Shown in pieces: positions 45,175 through 53,690 of a DNA stretch of 64,000 bases. Source of the DNA: an uncultured Candidatus Saccharibacteria bacterium (GTDB lineage: Bacteria > Patescibacteriota > Minisyncoccia > UBA6257 > Colwellbacteraceae). Numbering within the stretch: the first letter of the stretch is position 1; each line of letters starts with the position of its first letter. The stretch covers positions 4,716 to 68,715 of the forward strand of contig CAZXPC010000004.1 in NCBI GenBank assembly GCA_964643135.1, written 5' to 3'. The notes under the pieces were generated by a model. It was given only the letters and a program-made list of their open reading frames with translations. It was not told where the DNA came from and made no database searches. Made by a program: the position numbers and the translations under genes.

Positions 45175-46785
45175 ATGGCAAAGCGAACTGTGGTGATGGT
45201 GGTGATGGATGGATGGGGGGTCGGTAAAAGGGATGACACCAATCCGATTTATATTAAAAATCCTCCGACGATTAATTTTATTAAGCACAATTATAAGGCC
45301 GGGGTTTTGCAGGCTTCGGGCATTGCGGTCGGCTTGCCTTGGGATGAGGAAGGTAATTCGGAAGTTGGCCACTTAACGCTGGGGTCGGGGCGAGTTTTGT
45401 ACCAGCACTACCCGCGCATAACTTTGGCGATACGGAGCGGAGCTTTTTTCAGCAACGAAGTTTTGCTCGCGGCGATTAACAAGGCTAAGGCGGCGAAAAA
45501 GAATGTCAACATAATAGGCGTCTTGTCCGAGGGCAATGTCCACGCCTCGCTTGATCACCTGCATGCCCTAATCGAGCTGGCTAAAAGAGAAGCAGTAACG
45601 CAGATCAACCTGCATCTTTTTACAGACGGCAAAGACGGACCGTCGAAACACGGGGCGCAGCTTTTACGGGGCATCGGGAAAAAGGCTGAAGAGATAGCCG
45701 GACAGGGCCAAGGTGCTTTGCAAGTTAAACTGGGCAGCGTCGGCGGCCGGTACTATGGAATGGACCGTGATGGACATACGGACAGGACCGAGAAAGCGTA
45801 TATGGCGATATTTGGGCAAGGTGAAGGCGCCACCTCTGCTAACGCCGGGGAAACACCTCCAGGCGATTGGTTTGAGAAAGCGGCGGAGTATGTTGAGAGC
45901 CAATATAAAGCAGGTATTACTGATGAGTATATTACGCCAACGGCGGTTGACTCAACCGGTGCGGTTAAAGATGGCGACAGCGTTATATTTTTCGATTTCA
46001 GGGAAGACAGCATGAGGCAGATCACCGAAATGTTTCTAAATGACCCGAGGCAGAAGACGGAAGACCGGAAGCTAAATATTGTTACGTTTACAAATTACAA
46101 TGACAAATATGATTTGCCGGTGGCCTTTCCGCCTGAAGATGTAAAAAATCCCCTGGGGAAAGTTATATCGGACAGCGGCCGAACGCAATTAAGAATCGCC
46201 GAGTCGAATAAATACGCTCACGTAACCTATTTCTTCAACGGGTTTCAGGAGGTGCCGTTTAAGAATGAATATCGGGCGCTGGTCCCCTCTCAAAACGTGG
46301 CGCGGCACGACGAACACCCGGAAATGATGGCGCAGGAAATTACCGAACGGGCGCTGGCGGCTATTGCCGAAGGTATTTATGATTTTATTCTGATTAACTA
46401 TGCCAACGCCGATATTGTGGCTCATACCGGCAATTACAACGCGACTTTAAAGGCGGTCGAGGTAGTTGACGAACAGATTAAGAGGCTAACCGAAGCGGTG
46501 CTGAAGGCCGGCGGAGTGATGCTCATTACCGCAGACCACGGCAATGCCGAGAAGCTGATCGAACCGGATACGGGCCTGCCGGAGACTAAACACGATAAAT
46601 CGCCGGTACCGGTATATATCATCGGCCGGGAGTTTGCGGCGCCAAAGGACGACTTTGTGGTAGCCCAAACAGAAAACGAGAGCGCCGGGCTGATTTCGGA
46701 CGTGGCGCCGACAATCTTGGAAATAATGGGGCTGAAGGCGCCGGAAGAAATGACGGGGATATCGCTCCTGCGGATTTTGCAGTAG
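45175..46785 (+). CDS. gpmI: 2,3-bisphosphoglycerate-independent phosphoglycerate mutase
   Basis: VVMVVMDGWG, SEVGHLTLGSGR, ADHGNAE metal-binding motifs of iPGM. Confidence 0.9.
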   Translation: MAKRTVVMVVMDGWGVGKRDDTNPIYIKNPPTINFIKHNYKAGVLQASGIAVGLPWDEEGNSEVGHLTLGSGRVLYQHYPRITLAIRSGAFFSNEVLLAAINKAKAAKKNVNIIGVLSEGNVHASLDHLHALIELAKREAVTQINLHLFTDGKDGPSKHGAQLLRGIGKKAEEIAGQGQGALQVKLGSVGGRYYGMDRDGHTDRTEKAYMAIFGQGEGATSANAGETPPGDWFEKAAEYVESQYKAGITDEYITPTAVDSTGAVKDGDSVIFFDFREDSMRQITEMFLNDPRQKTEDRKLNIVTFTNYNDKYDLPVAFPPEDVKNPLGKVISDSGRTQLRIAESNKYAHVTYFFNGFQEVPFKNEYRALVPSQNVARHDEHPEMMAQEITERALAAIAEGIYDFILINYANADIVAHTGNYNATLKAVEVVDEQIKRLTEAVLKAGGVMLITADHGNAEKLIEPDTGLPETKHDKSPVPVYIIGREFAAPKDDFVVAQTENESAGLISDVAPTILEIMGLKAPEEMTGISLLRILQ

Positions 46786-46794
46786 AATGTAATT

Positions 46795-47163
46795 ATGAAA
46801 GGGATTCTAAATTTACTCGCGGCGTGGGTGGGAAACGGCATAGCTTTGTGGCTCGCCGGGCATTACATTCCGGGTATCAATGTTTCAACCGATATTAAGG
46901 AGATCGCCATCGCGGCGGGAATATTGGCCCTAATCAATCTTTTTATCAAACCTTTGTTGAAGCTGGTCTTAAGCCCGATTATCTTAATAACGCTGGGGCT
47001 GGCCGTGATCGCTATTAATGCCTTTACGATTTACGTTATGATCCAGTTGGTGCCTCAGATTGTGTCGATACCGGCCCTGGCTTCGGGCGCTGGACTTTTG
47101 ACGCTGCTTTACGTTACGATACTCGTCAGCGTAATTAACATTATTACGCGGAAGATTATCTAA
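46795..47163 (+). CDS. Phage-holin-4_2 / DUF360 family membrane protein
   Basis: LLAAWVGNGIALWLAGHYIPGINV...LINLFIKPLL... matches the DUF360 consensus (W..N..AL..A....PGI.V). Confidence 0.6.
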   Translation: MKGILNLLAAWVGNGIALWLAGHYIPGINVSTDIKEIAIAAGILALINLFIKPLLKLVLSPIILITLGLAVIAINAFTIYVMIQLVPQIVSIPALASGAGLLTLLYVTILVSVINIITRKII

Positions 47164-47178
47164 TAGCATCATATAAAA

Positions 47179-47568
47179 ATGAACTACATCAATATCGGTA
47201 TCCTTATTACAGCCATTTTGTCGACAGTTTTTGTGCTGATTCAGGACCGCGGTTCGGAAGGCGGGGCATTTACCTCCGGCGACATGGGCGGCTTTTACCA
47301 GAAAAGGCGCGGTATGGAAAAGACTATTTTCATTATGACCGTCTTATCGATTGCCTCTTTTGCCGGTTTCTCGCTTCTCAGAATCACTCACTTGGGCAAC
47401 GTTGCACCGGCGCCAATCAGCGCCAACCCGATCGAGATTAAGACTGATAACCCGAATGTTAAGGTCACGACGACTCCTGTTCCGCCCGGAACAACTGCGC
47501 CCGCCCCTGCGCCAACAACTCCAACACCAGCTCCGGCACCGGCCCCTGCTCCAGCGCCTGCTAAATAA
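47179..47568 (+). CDS. secG: Preprotein translocase subunit SecG with Pro/Ala/Thr-rich C-terminal tail
   Basis: VLIQDRGSEGGAFTSGDMGGFYQKRRGMEKTIFIMT matches the SecG core (LLQ.GKG....G.......RRG.E..L); second TM; tail APAPAPTTPTPAPAPAPAPAPAK. Confidence 0.65.
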   Translation: MNYINIGILITAILSTVFVLIQDRGSEGGAFTSGDMGGFYQKRRGMEKTIFIMTVLSIASFAGFSLLRITHLGNVAPAPISANPIEIKTDNPNVKVTTTPVPPGTTAPAPAPTTPTPAPAPAPAPAPAK

Positions 47569-47571
47569 ACC

Positions 47572-47870
47572 CCCGCCTCCGAATCTGCCTCTGCCCCTCG
47601 GAACCACAGGTGATCTCTACTGAAACTCGCCCTCCCTCATCCCACTCCGGGAAACACAATAATTTCTTGCTAGAAATTTTGTTTTTGCTCACCCGTCTTC
47701 ACGGGCTTGCGCAGATTCCCTTCATGGAACAAGGTCGGGCTAGTCTACATAGCCAAAGAACTCGGTTTCGCTCTGAGGAAACTGCGGAGGCGGGTAGCCG
47801 AGCGGTAGGGAATTTTTTCAGTAGAAAAAATATCCTGGTTCCGAGGGGCGGAAGCGAGTTCGGAGGCGGG
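47572..47870. repeat. MITE-like element: 37-nt terminal inverted repeats (module I) flanking an internal module III
   Basis: 47572-47608 (cccgcctccgaatctgcctctgcccctcggaacca) vs reverse complement of 47834-47870 (cccgcctccgaactcgcttccgcccctcggaaccagg); 47757-47870 is about 95% identical to reverse complement of 12400-12513; interior 47668-47727 homologous to 38731-38787. Confidence 0.8.
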
Positions 47871-47905
47871 TTCTCTAAATAAGAACTTTGAGATAAAATA
47901 CTATA

Positions 47906-49504
47906 ATGCGGATCAAAAAAATCTTTACTTCTCTAAACAAAACCGAGGCAATGGTCCTGATAGGAGCCTTCCTCATCTTTGTCCTCTCGGCATCTATTAA
48001 AGTGGCTTTATATGTTGAGTCGAATACCAGGATTGTTCCCGCTAAGGGCGGCGAGCTGAGGGAGGGAATGCTCGGCCAGCCGGTTTTTATCAGCCCGGTT
48101 ATCCCGACGACCAACACCGACCGGGAACTATCGAAGCTCGTTTTCGGAACGCTTGACGACATTGCTGACAGCATCACGCATTCCGGCGATGCGGCTGACG
48201 GAAAGACCTGGAACGTCAGAATTAAGCAGGGAGTTCTTTGGCAAGACGGCAAACCGGTAACTTCCGACGACGTGATTTTCACGCTCGGAGTAATCCAAGA
48301 CAAAGCCAACAACTCGCCTCTTTTTAGTTCGTTCCAGGGAATCACAGCAGAAAGGGTGAGTGAACTCGAGGTCAAGTTCACCCTACAGTCGGCCTACGCC
48401 CTTTTCGACGAGGAGAACCTGAAGAGCCTCGGCCTTATTCCCCAGCACCTCTTTTCCGACTCGGAGATCCAAAATGCGATTAAGCTTTCGGTCTATGGAC
48501 TGAAGCCGATCGGATTCGGACCATACCAGGTAGACTCGTATGACAAGGATGACCGCGGTTTTATCAGCGCTTTGTATTTGAGCTCAAACTCAACTTACTT
48601 TAGGGGCGAGCCGAATATTTCAAAATTTACAGTTAAATTTTATAAGAACGACGCCGATTTGATTAATGCTTATAAGAGAGCGCAGATCGATGCTTTCGGG
48701 TTGGGAAACGCTGCCCCGCTTTTGACGAACCGAGACGGCGGCCTTAAAGACAGCTTGGACATCAGGCATAATCTTTATAACTTAAAGTATTCTGGCTACT
48801 ATGCTCTCTTTATCAACCAAATTTACGACGATAAGAATATTCAGAACATTAAAGTGCGCGAGGCGCTGGCTAAGTCTTTGGACGTTAATAAGATTACGCG
48901 AGATATCTTGGGCGACTACGCGACTCCCCTCTATGGCCCGGTAAGCTCAACTCTGAAAGACCCGGCTACCTTCGACGCCAGCATATTGAGCGGCTTGAAA
49001 GTGACTATAACCTTGCCTGATCAGGACTTTTTGGTAAAAACGGCCGGTGAAATCAAAGCGGCCTGGGAAGCCGCCGGAGTTGAAGTTACTCTTAATACTC
49101 TGCCGCTCGATAAAATCCAAGACGCCATTAAGAAAACCGACTACGAAATAATTCTATTCGGCAACGTGACCGGCCCGTCCGGAGACTTGTTTTCGTTCTG
49201 GCATTCATCGCAAAGATTTTACCCGGGCAACAATTTATCTCTCTATCAAAATAAGAAAGTGGATAATTTGATCGAATCTTTCGGCAAGGATTTTGATGCC
49301 GATAGCCGGACCGCTGACTTGAAGCAAATAAGCGACATAATCGCGGCTGACTACCCGGCGATTTTCCTGTATTCTCCGCAATATATTTACGTGGCCGCGC
49401 CGAGCCTGCGCGGAATCGACCCGAACCTGACTGTCAGTAACTCATACGACCGTTTCCTTAATGTTGAGAAGTGGTACCTCAGGACGAGCCGGGTGTTTAG
49501 ATAG
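47906..49504 (+). CDS. ABC transporter substrate-binding protein (peptide/nickel family 5)
   Basis: 532 aa; N-terminal TM/signal anchor; size and motifs of the SBP_bac_5 family. Confidence 0.65.
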   Translation: MRIKKIFTSLNKTEAMVLIGAFLIFVLSASIKVALYVESNTRIVPAKGGELREGMLGQPVFISPVIPTTNTDRELSKLVFGTLDDIADSITHSGDAADGKTWNVRIKQGVLWQDGKPVTSDDVIFTLGVIQDKANNSPLFSSFQGITAERVSELEVKFTLQSAYALFDEENLKSLGLIPQHLFSDSEIQNAIKLSVYGLKPIGFGPYQVDSYDKDDRGFISALYLSSNSTYFRGEPNISKFTVKFYKNDADLINAYKRAQIDAFGLGNAAPLLTNRDGGLKDSLDIRHNLYNLKYSGYYALFINQIYDDKNIQNIKVREALAKSLDVNKITRDILGDYATPLYGPVSSTLKDPATFDASILSGLKVTITLPDQDFLVKTAGEIKAAWEAAGVEVTLNTLPLDKIQDAIKKTDYEIILFGNVTGPSGDLFSFWHSSQRFYPGNNLSLYQNKKVDNLIESFGKDFDADSRTADLKQISDIIAADYPAIFLYSPQYIYVAAPSLRGIDPNLTVSNSYDRFLNVEKWYLRTSRVFR

Positions 49505-49556
49505 AATTTGGGCGGGTGAAACCTTCTAGCCGCCGAAGTGTTATACATAATAGAGG

Positions 49557-49745
49557 ATGGTGCACCAAATGCCCGAAGACATCCACGTGACTGCGGAAGG
49601 CCACTGTGAGCAGTGCGGAGAGGAGAAGGAACTCCAGAATGGGCAGCTGGTCTGTCCGAGCCTCAACGACGGGAAGCATGCGATTTCTCTGGGGATCAAT
49701 TTCATCCACAACACCCTAGAGAAGGCCCGCAAACACCACCACTGA
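49557..49745 (+). CDS. Possible small zinc-ribbon protein (62 aa)
   Basis: CEQCG...18 aa...CPS Cys pairs; locally elevated GC (about 57%); ends in HHH. Confidence 0.3.
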   Translation: MVHQMPEDIHVTAEGHCEQCGEEKELQNGQLVCPSLNDGKHAISLGINFIHNTLEKARKHHH

Positions 49746-49959
49746 CTAGCACAAAAGTCGGGGGTGGCATTTTTCAAGCCAAAAATGCAAAATTGACATT
49801 AAAAGCCGTTGAGGCTAGAATATAATCAATTACTAAGCTTAAGTTTATAGATATTGTTGCCTCTCCCTAACCCCCTTCGTTACCACGTATTTGAATTTTT
49901 TTTGAATTTTAACGAATAGCTCGCCTCTCTTTATTAGTAATCAGGCCCATTTGCGATAA

Positions 49960-50041
49960 GGGCGGATGGTGGAACTGGCATACACCTGCGTCTCAGAAGC
50001 GCAGTCCGCAAGGATTGAGGGTTCAAATCCCTCTCCGCCCA
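49960..50041 (+). tRNA. tRNA-Leu (anticodon CAG), class II with long variable arm
   Basis: Manual fold: acceptor GGGCGGA/TCCGCCC; U8; 3-bp D-stem GTG/CAC with 11-nt D-loop GAACTGGCATA (compare E. coli tRNA-Leu GAAUUGGUAGA); anticodon stem TGCGT/GCGCA with loop CTCAGAA (U33, anticodon CAG); 13-nt variable arm; T-arm GAGGG-TTCAAAT-CCCTC; discriminator A73; CCA not encoded. Confidence 0.85.
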
Positions 50042-50086
50042 CAATAGTTATAAAAATAATTAGAAAAATAATATTAATTAATAGGT

Positions 50087-52027
50087 ATGTTAAATACTAA
50101 CACTGGTGCAGCAAGCGACCTTACAGCTAGCCCTTCCACGGCGGAAGGCCAAAAAGCCGAAATAAAAAGCAGCGAGACAAAAAGCAGAGAGTCGAGGCCA
50201 AGAACCGGCGGCCGAGGACCCGGACGATCGGGGGGGCACGGCGGACATAAGTCCGGCGGGCATTCCCATTCCGGCGGCGGACATTCTGGTGGACCTGGCC
50301 ATGTTTCCAAAATAACCTCACCCTTAAAGGCTAAGGTTATTAAAACTGTTAAGCATGAGGGAGCGGCTGATTCAACCCGGCTCGTCCCGCTTGGAGGCTT
50401 GGAAGAAATCGGCCGCAATATGTCTTATGTCGAACACAAGGACGAAATTGTGATTATCGACATGGGCATTCAATTCCCAGAGGAAGAAACGCCCGGCGTG
50501 GATTTTATTATCCCCAACATTGATTCATTGGTGCCGAAACGGGCCAATATCCGCGGCGTGGTTTTGACGCATGCTCACTTTGACCACATCGGCGCCGTCC
50601 CCTACCTAATCGGCCGCTTGGGCAACCCGACAATTTATACGACCAAGCTGACCAAGGCGATTATCGAAAAACGCCAGGAGGAGTTTGTAAACGCGCCGAA
50701 ATTGAACATTGTAGTCGTGGACAGCGGCGACAAGGTTAAGATCGGCAAACAGTTGGAGTTAGAATTCTTCGGCGTGGATCACACGATTCCCGACACGGTC
50801 GGTGTAGTCGTCAAAACGCCTCAGGCTAATATCGTCCACTTTGCCGATTTCAGGCTCGATTATAACGATGCCGACGAACCGCAGCGCTTGGATGAATTTA
50901 AACGGATCGGCGAGCTTGGCATCCACACCTTTATGGTGGACTCGACTAACGCCGACAAGGCCGGACACTCGCTGTCTGAAAAGGTGGTGAAGAAAAACTT
51001 GGAAATCATTATCAATAAGGCGGGCGGGCGCATCATTCTCTCGACCTTCTCATCGATGTTGACGCGTATCGCCGAAATTATTGCGATCTGCGAGAAATCG
51101 AAGCGGAAGGTTTTCTTAAACGGCCGCTCGATGAAAGATGTGGTGCAGATCGCGCAGACTTTGGGCTATGTTAAGTTCGGCAAAGATTCGGTTCTGCCGA
51201 TGGAAGAAATGCACAAGTACAAAGATCATGAGATTATGATCATTACAACCGGCGCGCAGGGCCAAGAAAACGCCGGCCTCATGAAAATTGTGAACGGCGA
51301 GCACAAACACGTAACAATTAAGCAGGGAGATACGATGATCTTCTCATCGTCGGTTATTCCGGGCAACGAGCGGTCAGTGCAGAACCTTAAGGACAACCTC
51401 TGCCGCCAGGGCGCCAAGGTTTACAACACTGATATTATCGACATCCATGCCTCCGGCCACGCGCCCAAGGAAGACTTGGAAATAGTGATCAAGCTGATTA
51501 AGCCTAAATTCCTGATGCCGGTTCACGGCCACTACTTTAAGCGCCACGCGAATGGCGAAAACGGCGTGGAGGCGGGCATGAAGAAAGAAAACATTAAGCT
51601 GTTAGACAACGGCCGAGTTGCACTCTTAACCAACAGCACATTCACAGTTACTGAAGAGGAGGTGCCAGCGCACTACGTGATGGTGGACGGCCTAGGCGTC
51701 GGTGACGTCGGCGAAGTTGTCTTGCGCGACCGGAAGATACTCTCGCAGGAAGGCATGGTGGTCATTATTACGACAATCGACCGCAAGACCGGCAAGGTTT
51801 TAAAGAACCCTGACATAATTTCGCGTGGATTTATCTACCTTAAGGAAAATCAGGAGATCTTGAACGATATTCGAAAGAAAATTCGCATCATTACGGGTAA
51901 GATTCGCGTGGGCGATGCGCTGGACGCAGACTACTTGAAAAACATGATGCGCGACCAGATTGGGCAATACCTCTACAACAAGACTTATCGCCGACCGATG
52001 GTGCTGCCGGTTATTATTGAGATTTAG
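50087..52027 (+). CDS. rnj: Ribonuclease J (metallo-beta-lactamase/beta-CASP) with Gly/His/Arg-rich N-terminal extension
   Basis: HAHFDHIGAVPYL (HxHxDH), beta-CASP motifs and C-terminal domain; first roughly 80 aa low-complexity (GGRGPGRSGGHGGHKSGGHSHSGGGHSGGPGH). Confidence 0.85.
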   Translation: MLNTNTGAASDLTASPSTAEGQKAEIKSSETKSRESRPRTGGRGPGRSGGHGGHKSGGHSHSGGGHSGGPGHVSKITSPLKAKVIKTVKHEGAADSTRLVPLGGLEEIGRNMSYVEHKDEIVIIDMGIQFPEEETPGVDFIIPNIDSLVPKRANIRGVVLTHAHFDHIGAVPYLIGRLGNPTIYTTKLTKAIIEKRQEEFVNAPKLNIVVVDSGDKVKIGKQLELEFFGVDHTIPDTVGVVVKTPQANIVHFADFRLDYNDADEPQRLDEFKRIGELGIHTFMVDSTNADKAGHSLSEKVVKKNLEIIINKAGGRIILSTFSSMLTRIAEIIAICEKSKRKVFLNGRSMKDVVQIAQTLGYVKFGKDSVLPMEEMHKYKDHEIMIITTGAQGQENAGLMKIVNGEHKHVTIKQGDTMIFSSSVIPGNERSVQNLKDNLCRQGAKVYNTDIIDIHASGHAPKEDLEIVIKLIKPKFLMPVHGHYFKRHANGENGVEAGMKKENIKLLDNGRVALLTNSTFTVTEEEVPAHYVMVDGLGVGDVGEVVLRDRKILSQEGMVVIITTIDRKTGKVLKNPDIISRGFIYLKENQEILNDIRKKIRIITGKIRVGDALDADYLKNMMRDQIGQYLYNKTYRRPMVLPVIIEI

Positions 52028-52030
52028 TCA

Positions 52031-52223
52031 TCCGCCTTCGAAATCCGAATCTACCTTTCGCTTAGCTCTCTCCTCGTCGAGGTGCTTCCAAGCTGTCTCG
52101 GGAGACCGCTCACGGCCGCTTGGCCTAGGGGTTTAGTCTCCCTGCGACAGCTTGCGCGCCAACTCGGGGGAGCTAGAGCTCAGGATAGATTTCGGATTTC
52201 TCTCGGCTATGTAGAGCTAAGAG
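52031..52223. repeat. Dispersed intergenic repeat, module II (hairpin/TIR element) containing module V
   Basis: Termini tccgccttcgaaatccgaatctacc ... gatagatttcggatttctctcggctatgtagagctaagag are mutually inverted and homologous to 38685-38820; contains the 22-mer at 52146-52167 shared with 44371-44392. Confidence 0.75.
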
Positions 52224-52249
52224 CCGTAAACCATAGCCCCGCAGGGAAC

Positions 52250-52364
52250 ATCGCGCAGGAGCGTAGGCGACGAGCGCGAAGAAAATTTTGAGCACAAAAT
52301 TATTCTGTTTCCCGAGGAGGCTGTGGTTGGAGGCTCGGGGTGGAGATGATATAGCTGGGGGCGC
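52250..52364. repeat. Dispersed intergenic repeat, module IV
   Basis: Homologous to 12570-12697 including the identical 20-mer gatgatatagctgggggcgc. Confidence 0.65.
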
Positions 52365-52431
52365 GGAGCTCATCACCCGAAAAAGAAAAAGGCCCGCTGA
52401 GAGATGTGAATCTATCGTCGGGTTTTGTCGT

Positions 52432-52653
52432 TTAGAGCCACCAGGCTGGCCAGTCGTCTTTGAAATAGAGCAGTGAGCCCATCATGAATTCGAAGATTGC
52501 CACACTCATGACGCTGAGCCATTCGTCGGCCCAGACTGGGTGAAAAACGACCTGCTCGACGGTTCCGATGAGGAACACGACCATGATGAAGACGATCACG
52601 CCGACGAGCATCCGGATAGAAAGCCGAGTACTCCAGTGCAGATTACTATCCAT
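52432..52653 (-). CDS. Possible small membrane protein (73 aa)
   Basis: Two hydrophobic helices; GC somewhat above background; weak support. Confidence 0.3.
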   Translation of the reverse strand: MDSNLHWSTRLSIRMLVGVIVFIMVVFLIGTVEQVVFHPVWADEWLSVMSVAIFEFMMGSLLYFKDDWPAWWL

Positions 52654-52699
52654 CCCATCACTACATCTTAGTTATAGCCCTCAGAATTGATCCGGTCAA

Positions 52700-53683
52700 T
52701 TAAATCAACCCAACCTTTTCGCGGACTTCGGCCATGGTTTTTTGGGCGATCTTTTGGGCGGTTTTAGCGCCGGCGGCTAGAACTTTGTTAACCTTGGATT
52801 TGTTCTTGAGGATTTTGGCGCGGTTTTGCTGAATCGGTTTCAGTGCTTTAATAATCAAGTCGGCTAATTCTGACTTAAACTCGGAATATTTTTTATTAGC
52901 TGAGCGCAAGACAATATCTTCCACCGGTAGGCCGGAAAATTCGCTATAGAGCATTACGAGATTCGAAATGCCGGGGCGGTTGACGGGGTCGTAGTCGACG
53001 TTGGACATGGAGTCGGTCACAGCCGACATAACTTTCTTTTTGATAACTTCCGGCGAATCGTGCACAAAGATACAACCCAGCGGCTGAGACTTGGACATTT
53101 TTTTCGACGGATCTTGCAGGCTCATCACGCGCGGCGTTTTGGTCACAACTGCTTTGGGATCTTTAAATGTTTGTCCGAAGCGCGTATTGAAAGATCGGGC
53201 GATGTCGCGAGTAAGTTCGATGTGCTGGCGCTGATCGTCCCCTACTGGAATAGCTTCGGCGTGGTAGAGCAAAATGTCGGCGGCCATTAAAACCGGGTAC
53301 TCAAAGAGGCCGACGTTGGGCACTTGGCCCTCGGCGACTTTTTCTTTGTATTCCACCATGCGTTCCAGCTGGGAAACGGTGATGACGGTGTTAAAAATCC
53401 ACTGTAAATTGGCGTGCTCGGGAACGTCAGACTGAACGAAAAGGACAGACTTTTTTGGATCCAATCCGGCGGCTAGAAGATCAACAGCCAGATCGAAAAC
53501 CCGAGTTTTCATTTCTTCGCGGGTAAACTTCTGGGTCATGGCGTGCAAATCAGCAATGAAGTAAAAACAGCGATATTGGTTCGAGTTCTGCAGATCAACG
53601 GCTTGGCGGAGCATGCCGAGATAGTTGCCGATGTGGAGGTCGCCGGTCGGCTTCACACCGCTTACGATTATGGGTTTGGTCAT
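52700..53683 (-). CDS. trpS: Tryptophan--tRNA ligase
   Basis: TGDLHIGNYLG (HIGH-type) and KMSKS motifs, TrpRS-like overall; start at internal Met MTKPIIVSG (53683), 7 nt after the ileS stop. Confidence 0.85.
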   Translation of the reverse strand: MTKPIIVSGVKPTGDLHIGNYLGMLRQAVDLQNSNQYRCFYFIADLHAMTQKFTREEMKTRVFDLAVDLLAAGLDPKKSVLFVQSDVPEHANLQWIFNTVITVSQLERMVEYKEKVAEGQVPNVGLFEYPVLMAADILLYHAEAIPVGDDQRQHIELTRDIARSFNTRFGQTFKDPKAVVTKTPRVMSLQDPSKKMSKSQPLGCIFVHDSPEVIKKKVMSAVTDSMSNVDYDPVNRPGISNLVMLYSEFSGLPVEDIVLRSANKKYSEFKSELADLIIKALKPIQQNRAKILKNKSKVNKVLAAGAKTAQKIAQKTMAEVREKVGLI

Positions 53684-53690
53684 ATTTAAA

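Noticed and set aside
46434-46841. 135-aa minus-strand ORF inside gpmI
   Set aside because: Antisense to a well-supported, motif-rich iPGM gene; no coding signature.
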